Source: Welwitschia mirabilis | Lineage: Eukaryota | Direction: 5' to 3' | NCBI GenBank assembly: GCA_051453625.1 | Contig: JBOZIK010000001.1 | Location: 9,256,858 to 9,299,652, forward strand | DNA: 42,795 bases | In this document: in pieces, positions 34,470-42,795 of the stretch | Numbering within the stretch: position 1 is the first letter of the stretch | How the letters are laid out: each line of letters opens with the position of its first letter | Translations under genes and position numbers: made by a program | Notes under the pieces: generated by a model | The model's input: the letters and a program-made list of their open reading frames with translations, nothing else | Told to the model about the DNA's origin: nothing | Database searches by the model: none

Positions 34470-37400
34470 TTAATTAATAAGTCTTAAAAACTCATAGATT
34501 GATGGTTCAAGTGGATGATTTGTGAGTTTTATGGAGTGATTTAACAATGGATTTAGTGAATGGTAGGTTTCAAAAGGATGGTGGGATGAGTGATAATGTT
34601 TTACATGGTATCCATTGACTTTAAGAAGTTGATTGTTTTTGGGATTTTCAATGGGAATAACTTCATGTGGTAAAACCTTTTTTATTAAAAGGGTTCTTTC
34701 CACTTAACTACTATTTTTCCTAGAAAAAGATGTAAGCGTGAGGTATATAGCAAGACTATTTTTCCCTCTTAAAAAGTTTTTCTAAGGATATGTTGATCAT
34801 GGAACTTCTTCATCCTATCCTTATTTATTCTCATGTTGTTATAGATGTTATTTCTAATTTCATCTAGTTCATTGAGTTGTATAACCTTATTTTTATTTAT
34901 AACCTCTAAGTCTAATTTCATATTCTTGTTTGCCCATTAATCCTATTCTCAATTTCCACAGGTAAATGACATGCTTTAGCATAGACTAATTGAAAAGATG
35001 ATATTATTAAGGGTGTTTTATAAGCAGTATGATATGCTTATAAGACATTGTTAAGTTTGAAGCATCGGTCTTTTTGTGTTGAGTTTAATACTTTTTGAAG
35101 AATTTTCTTAAGTTCCCCATTTGTAACCCCAACTTGACCACTTATTTATGGTTGATAAGGTGTTCTAACTTTATGTGTAACCTCATATTTAGCGAGAAGT
35201 TTATTTAATATTTTATTATAAAAGTGTGTTCCTCCATTGCTAATTAAAACACGTGGATAGCCAAAATGTGTTGAAACATTTTCTTTAAAGAATATAACTA
35301 CTATTTTAGCATCATTTGTTCGATAAGCATAAGCTTCAATCCATGTAATTATATAGTCAACACAAACAAGGATGTATTAATGTTTATCAAATGATGAATA
35401 AGGACCTGGGAAATTAATTCCCCATACATCAAAGTGTTCAATAGGAATAAGGGNNNNNNNNNNNNNNNNNNNNNNNNNNNNNNNNNNNNNNNNNNNNNNN
35501 NNNNNNNNNNNNNNNNNNNNNNNNNNNNNNNNNNNNNNNNNNNNNNNNNNNNNGGATGTATTAATGTTTATCAAATGATGAATAAGGACCTGGGAAATTA
35601 ATTCGCCATACATCAAAGTGTTCAATAGGAATAAGGGTTTTAAAGGCATTATTTTTCTACAAGAAAGACTCCCTAATCTTTGACAGTTATTACAAGATTT
35701 ACAATAAAGATAAGAATCTTCAAAATTGATGGCTAATAGAACCATATTAGAAGATTTTTTTGTAGTCTTGTTAGCTGAGTAGTAACTCCCACAATCCTCA
35801 GAATAGCATTGTTTAAGTATGTTATGAATGTTAGTTTGAAGCACACATTTGCAAATGAATTAGTCTAGATAATATTTACAAAGGTATCGAATATTCCAAA
35901 AGAAATATTTAACTTGGCTTAAGAACCTCTTTTTATTGTTAATGATCTGATGGGAAGGGGTAGTATTGGAGAGTAAGTAATTAGCAATATCTGCAAACTA
36001 AAAGGTGATCCACGATAACATTATCAAAGCCTTTTTTATCCTTAATCTCCAAATCGAATTCTTGAAGGAGGAGGATCCATCTGATAAGACATGGTTTTGA
36101 ATCCTTTTTAGCAAAAAGGTATATAAGAGCTAAGTGATTAGTGTAAATGACTACCTTAGATCCTAAAAGTACTGCCTAAATTTTTCAAGGATAAAGATAA
36201 TATCTAAAAGCTCCTTTTTTATGATAGTATAACTGATTTGAGTATCATTTAAGGTTTTACTAGCATAGTGAATCACAGTTGGCCTTTTATCAACTTTTTC
36301 TCCTAATAAAACTTCTACTATGAAGTCACTTGCATCATACATAAGTTCATAAGGTAACTTCCAATTGGGTGGTTGGATAATGAGTGTGGAAGTTAGTTTT
36401 TCTTTGATTTATTCGAATGAGTTTTGATACTCTAAAGTCTAGTCGAAAAAGACATCCTTGCTCAAAAGATCATACAAAGGCTTAGAGATTTTACTAAAAT
36501 CATTGATGATTGCTATAATATCCTATGTGCCCTAAGAATGATCTAATATCTTTTTATTTTTAAGGAATTAATAAGTATGTAATTAAGGATATCTTATTCA
36601 AATCTACCTAAATGCCTTCCTTAGAGATGACATGTCCTAAAACTATGCCTTGATTTACCATAAAATGCATTTTTCCCACTTGAGTTTAAGGAATTTATTA
36701 ATGCATCTTTTGAGAACATATTCTAAGTTATTAAATAGTGGTTAAATAAGGTTCCATAAACTAAGAGGTCATCCATGAAGGTTTCAACACATGAATCTAA
36801 TAAATTAGAGAAGGTTCTGAACATGAAACATTAAAAAGTGGAAGGTGCATTGTAGAGGCCAAAGGGCATTCATTTATAAGTAGACATTCCATAGGGGCAA
36901 GTGAAGGTGGTTTTATTTTGGTCTTTGAGAGAAATTTAAATTTGATTATAACCTAAGTATCCATCCAAGAACCAGTAAAAAAGGTGCCCTGCAAGTTGTT
37001 CTAAAATTTAATGTGGAAAAAGAAGAGGATAATCATTTTTTCTAGATAGAGTATTTAATTTTATGTAATTAATACACATCCTTCATTTTACAGCAGGTTT
37101 GAAAGGGAAAAGCTCATTATGCTCATTAGGATCAAAGATAATTCCTAATTTCTTAGCTATAGTATGAGTTGGACTTATTCACTTATTGTATGAAATAGGA
37201 TAGATAATCCCATTTTTGAGAAGTTTAATTACCTCATTTTTAATAATTTCTCTTATAGTTGGGTTTATCCTACATTATGCTACAATGGATGGTTTGGAAT
37301 TTTCCTCTAAATATATATGGTGCATGCAAATATTGGGGTCAATGCCTCTAATGTTAGAGAGGATCCATCCTATTATCTATTTGTCATTCCTTAAGAGTCT

Positions 37401-37960
37401 AAGCAATTGATCTTCTTTAAATGGGGTCATAAAGAGTTAATAACTACCAAGAGGATGGAGTTCTCCCTTAAGAAAGCATATTTTAGATCATCTAGTAAAC
37501 TTCATTTTGGGACATGAGGCACATTTCTTAAGAGCATTCTATTTCATTATTTTTGGGAGAATGAGAAGTGAATTCCTGATTTTTAACAAGGCCTTTTATC
37601 TTATCTATGTACTCTACTTCTTCATCATTTAAAGGCAACTTCACAACATTAAATACATTTAGCTCTATGGTCATGTTGCGAAATAAAATTTTTATTAGTC
37701 CATTCTTGTAATTGACTAAGNNNNNNNNNNACTAAGGCATTTAAGTTTGCTAAGAATGGTCTTGCTAATATGATGTGCACTATTTGGTTTGATGATTTCT
37801 CCATGTCCAAGATCATAAAATCTATTAGGGATTTACAACTATCCACTCTAACTATGACATCCTCAGTGACTTCTAATAGTATTTTAATAGAGTCATTAGC
37901 CAACTGGAGTTGAATTTTTATGTTTTTGAGTCCTTTCAAGCCTAACTCCTTATAGGTTTT
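34470..37960 (-). pseudogene. Decayed Athila-like pol (PR-RT-RH-INT); gag absent or in the gap at 37964-38063
   Basis: Motifs listed for element G; multiple stops. Confidence 0.85.
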
Positions 37961-38659
37961 ATANNNNNNNNNNNNNNNNNNNNNNNNNNNNNNNNNNNNN
38001 NNNNNNNNNNNNNNNNNNNNNNNNNNNNNNNNNNNNNNNNNNNNNNNNNNNNNNNNNNNNNNNAACAAATTCATTGATCACAGATAGAATGTTTACAATC
38101 TTTAGATCACAATAAAACAAAACAAAGACATAAATAAAATTAAGCAAAATTGTGAGAAAATTTTAAAGGTTTTAAGCATTTATGAATGCAGAAAAATAAA
38201 GCAGAGATGATGAATAATGATCATGAGTAAAATATTATGAGAATTACAAAATATTTTTAAGAAAATTTTAATGTTTATATGCACACAGAAATACACAAAA
38301 TATAGCAGAAAAGAAAAGCATGCACTGCAATTATAAAGTTTGATTAGAAAAGTTTTTAAAATTTTTAAGTTTTCTTACCTGCAATAAATGCTAGACCTAT
38401 AGAAAACAAGCTAGAAAATAAAAAATAACTTAAAAAAAATAGATCAGTTTAGGATAACACTAGAAAGGATCAGTACCACCCACTCGAAAGAAAAAGAAAA
38501 GAAACACAAGGCAAAATAAAGGTAAAAAGGATTAGTTTGGGTATCACTAGAAGAAAGACCAATACCTATCATTAAAAAAATAAAAACTTCCAAAAAAGGA
38601 AAAACTAGTACTCCTCTGAGCTACTACCATGCCATTATCTTAGCAACGATCCCAAAATT

Positions 38660-39889
38660 TAATTAACTTTGTAGTACAATATCTCAAATTTAAAACTAAG
38701 TTAGAAACTTAATTATCATTCTTCCTTAGGCATAACATTAGGTATTGGCTAGAATTACACTAACTTTAATCTTTATGCAAGTTACAAAAAAGAAAGAAAC
38801 AAGAAGAAGAGATGAAATGAATCTTAGGATTTGAACTTCGTCTTAGAAAAGAGGAAAGAAAACTAGCTCTAAGCTATCATTGATTCATCCTATGTAATCC
38901 TTTACTTCAAAGTTATCTAGTTATTCTTCTGCAAAATAATTAAAGTTATTAAGTGCTTTTGGTTAAAATCATGGGGCATAATCTAATCCACCATATAATA
39001 AATAATAAATCTAACTAATACTTAAGTCTTAAATAATAATAAAGAGTAAGGACTCTTAAAGTAATCAAAATATATAAAATTAAAATACTAAGTGCTAAAT
39101 AGGAATTCACACAACTAATTAAACTTGATAATTAAAGAAGTTATCTAAGAATTCTAATTATGATATTACTCAGGAATCAAGATTAAAGAAAAACAACTTT
39201 TGCATTACATAAAGAACAACTTTATAACAAATAAATAAGAAAACAGAAAGAACTCCTTAGCAATCCTCAAAGATTAGCTTACTCCTCAAAGAGTCATCTA
39301 GAAATTCATCATAAGTCGATGCTTCAAAGTTTTCAATTTCTTCAAGGCAAAGATCAATATGATAAAGGGTTCAAAGTTCTTTTATATGGAGAAATGGGAT
39401 GAGATGTGGTTACAAATCTTAGCTTATAGCATTACATAGAATCTTCATCATTTAGTATTAGGTATATAAGATTTTGTCTTATAACATTAGGTAGAGAAGA
39501 TTTTGTCCTCTAGAATTAAGTGGAATCTTTGTCATTTCGCATTTGGTGGAGGTTGTCTTATAGCATTTAGTGAAGATCATTACATGTCTCCAATTCCACC
39601 TCCACATACCTCTACCACATGTCTTCAAATGATTCTGCTATGTGTCATCACCTTACATCTTTATTACCATTATTGTTTTGTGTGGAATTAAGTTCATCTT
39701 CCGCCATGTGTTCCAAAATGTGGCTAAAAATCTACAATTAATATGGATAAAAACATAATATTAATATCAAATTTTATTTTAAAAACAACAAAATACATAT
39801 TTTATAATTAAACAATTAAATTAATGTCTCCATTTATGATAAATTGATCTAAAACACTTGATATACATGTTAATTTTTACATGTTAATA
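38660..39889 (-). repeat. 5' LTR of Athila-like G
   Basis: Colinear homology to 32004-33219; PBS-like sequence at about 38640-38656. Confidence 0.85.
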
Positions 39890-42329
39890 AAAATATATTT
39901 TGTAAACAGTTAAGGAGATGTAAACTTGTTATAAATATAAATAGACAAGTCTAAGACTAGTACCTAACTAATATAATTGGAGGTTGCAACTCTTATTAAT
40001 GGCATTCCAACTCAATATCCAGCCATCCTCCGGATATGAGTTGATTCTACTTTAGGTTCTAAGCTATACAAACATGGTTGGACTTAATTCTATAGCCTTT
40101 TACTTCACTTCAATATACCTTCAATATAGGCAACAAGCGGTATATGAGATAGATGCATACTTACAAATAAACCCCACTTTCTTGAAACATTTCTAGATGG
40201 TGTAACATGATCCATCAATGATAAAGGCTTGAGATATTAAGTCAGAGTAAGTTCATAAATGGGAAAGTAGCAGAGTGGTGATCAAGTCCACCTCTAGAAG
40301 GGTGTTTTTCAAAAAAAAAAAAAAAATGCAATATAACCCACCTTAGTGATAAAATCTAATTATGAGGATGATCATTATTAGAATTATCTTAATATAGTCA
40401 TTTTCGATGAATACGCCACATAAATGCATGCGTATAATTCTAACTAATGTGAATATGTAATGGATAATTTACCTAGTTATAATAATTCTAATCACCATTA
40501 GGTTCATTTTATAAAAATAATTATAAAAAGAAAACATGCATACTAGAGCATTTCTATATTCAAGATTACAATAATGAAAATCTAAATAAAGAAAATATTT
40601 TCTTCTTTTCTATCTAAATAAAGGAAATATTGTTTTCTTTTCTTTCTTTAAATACTAATAAAAATATTCAAACCTATCAAATCACATTTTAACAAGGTAC
40701 TTAAAGAAACTAAACCATACCTAGACATATGTCAATCCTTGAAACATTGTTTCATGCTCATATAACAATTTCTATGGATAGGTGAAATGAAGGTAAACAT
40801 AAGAAAGTATAGCTTAAGCATAATTATTAATATATAATATTTACCTAAGATTTATATGGCTATATTATAAATTAATAAAATAAGTAATAAGCCAAAGACT
40901 ATTTATGTTACTCAAACTACTAGGATGAAAACTCTTACAAGCATACACATTCAAAGTAAGATAAAGAAAAAAAGGTAAAAGAGGTAGTTCTACAAATAAG
41001 ATATTATTTATAAGTAATTTGACTTAAAGATATGGATACGAACATGTCTTATATACTTAAATTCCATATAAAATTTTATGTAATACTTTTTATATAATTG
41101 AAAACATTAATTATAGTATTTTTAGGCTCTAAGGAGATAGCATAATCCAAAATTAATAATTAATTAATTATGAAACAAAAAATAGATTATAGTAATTTTT
41201 CAGAAGCTAGATATATAATAGGATCCTTAAAAGCTAACTTAACCTATCTTGGAATTATAAAAATATTATTTTTAAGGTCATTATTTAAGGTTAAAAATGA
41301 TCAAATTTTCTAAAATTACAATCTACTACACTACACTAAAATAATCATAACTTTTAAAGTACTTTTAATCTGTAAGTTATTCCATATGTTTTCAAAGCTT
41401 ATTTAATTTTTGACAACTTAGGATACTCAAATTTATTGATATGTTTTCGAAACATAAATCAATTTATTACTATTTTCTACATTTATTTTCTAATATTTTT
41501 TAACAAATGAATTTTTTAAAAATAATTAAACAATATAAAAATTAATAACTTTACATTTTCACATTCATAATGCATTCTTAGACTTAGAAATTTTTTTTAA
41601 CTAATTTATACCTACTAATTAATGAGCTATGATGTTTTCATTCTATGCTTCTATTTTATAAATTTAACTTTCACTAAAGAAAATATAGTAGATGTTTAAC
41701 AACTAATTATGCAATAGTTTGGATCAATAAAATAATGAATATACTAACTAATTATCTATAGAATATCTTAACTAAATTATTAGTTCAAATTATTATAGAA
41801 AGAAAAATCAATTCAATTAAAAAAAACCATTTACTATGAGCCTTAAGATTTCTATGAAAGAGTACTAGCCTAAACAAAATTTTTGGGATTAGAATTTACC
41901 CCTAATAAAGTGGTTCTAATTCATAATAGATAAAAATAGATATAATAATAATATAAACATGGTACCCAAATATCCTTTCTTTCGTTTTTTTGGTTTGAAA
42001 AGAGGGGGGTACTGAACCCCTTGTCACTTGGTGATAATCATCCATTAGTACTTCCCCATCACCAAGCATAAGAGAACCCCTCATATCTCATTATAACATC
42101 TTAGTGGAATCCAATGGAATGGGATAATATTTTATAACATAATTACATAAAAGGCATAAATAATTCTATAATGAAATATCACATCATTCTAATAGAAAAA
42201 GCAGATCACATGAATAATAAAAGTAAAGATATTGCTTAGAAAGACTTAAAGATTATGAAGATCTAAGCTCAAGAACTCCTTAGCTTCAGCTTTAAGCTTC
42301 CAAGCTTCAAGTTCCTTAAGCAAGAGAAC

Positions 42330-42355
42330 GAGTGAGTGAGAGAGAGAGAGAGAGA
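42330..42355. repeat. (GA)n microsatellite
   Basis: GAGTGAGTGAGAGAGAG... run. Confidence 0.8.
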
Positions 42356-42795
42356 TAAGAATAAATTCCCTTATGTAAAATTAAAGAAAAGTATCTCCTT
42401 TTATAAGAGAGAAAATGATCTTTATATTCAGATTAAAAAAAGGCACATAGCTCAAGATTATAAGAACGCATAATTTAACATAGATAAGTGGATTGAGTAA
42501 TAAATAAAATTGAAGTACAAAAAGAGGTCATATTTATGACTCATGCACATAACTAGGATGAGTAATCTTCTTATTTCAATTAGCAAGTTTAATTACATGA
42601 ATCATTTCCTCATGCTAGATCTTTTTAATTCTTCATTTAAGACATGCATTAAAGGAATAAATGTATAAATCCCAAAATTGACATGTGGGATAATAAGACA
42701 AATTCTTTAATTTTAATGAATAAAGCAATGAGCATCCTATGAATAAAGTACCCTTACACATTTTAAGAACATAAAGTTCATAGTAGAGTAAATCT

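Larger units (their letters stand above)
32004..39889 (-). mobile_element. Ty3/gypsy Athila-like element G nested in the 5' LTR of F
   Basis: Paired 1.2-kb LTRs, near-TSD AAAAG/AAAAT, decayed PBS (TTTGGGATCGTTGCTAAG on minus, cf. TGGCGCCGTTGCC), pol motifs [60 protein letters not shown]. Confidence 0.88.
26991..42795 (-). mobile_element. Ty3/gypsy chromovirus (Tekay/Del-like) element F, heavily decayed, 3' truncated; long 5' LTR (31734-32003 plus 39895 to window end) split by element G
   Basis: Minus-strand GIKLNMSITFHP (INT), LTGYYHRFIFNFSKIASSLTRL, IFIDDILIY, RTRYGHYVFTVMP (RT), LFNYGATHYFIS (PR), INPLKFVGGSDP (gag); decayed Met PBS TGGTATTAGAGA 31730-31719 next to LTR end at 31734. Assignment of 39895-42795 to the LTR is inferred. 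Confidence 0.75.

Noticed and set aside
35370..35637. Near-identical duplication of about 84 bp inside the Athila integrase
   Set aside because: The copies flank a 100-N gap exactly; most likely an unmerged contig overlap

Overview
Plant nuclear genomic DNA from a gapped draft scaffold, made up mostly of decayed, nested LTR retrotransposons around one host gene. From left to right: (1) the 3' end of a Sirevirus/SIRE copia element (env-like ORF tail, multiple PPTs, 3' LTR 799-1877); (2) a minus-strand Tnt1/Tork-like copia (2258-6995); (3) four spliceable minus-strand coding exons of an NSE4-like gene (SMC5/6 kleisin, 7971-9111) whose C-terminal domain is not present intact in the window; (4) a related copia in the putative 5' intron of that gene (10759-14155); (5) a probable first exon/promoter (about 15440-16100) with a tRNA-derived SINE just upstream; (6) a TE block from 16.7 kb to the end. 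The TE block holds two copia relics, a gag-PR-env Sirevirus derivative lacking INT/RT/RH, and a Tekay-like gypsy with an Athila-like gypsy nested in its 5' LTR. I see no convincing wholly new biological system. The best leads are the possibly truncated NSE4 paralog and fixed-spacing doublet arrays of CG-core palindromes in three different LTRs. All family calls come from recognising motifs by eye, not from database searches.
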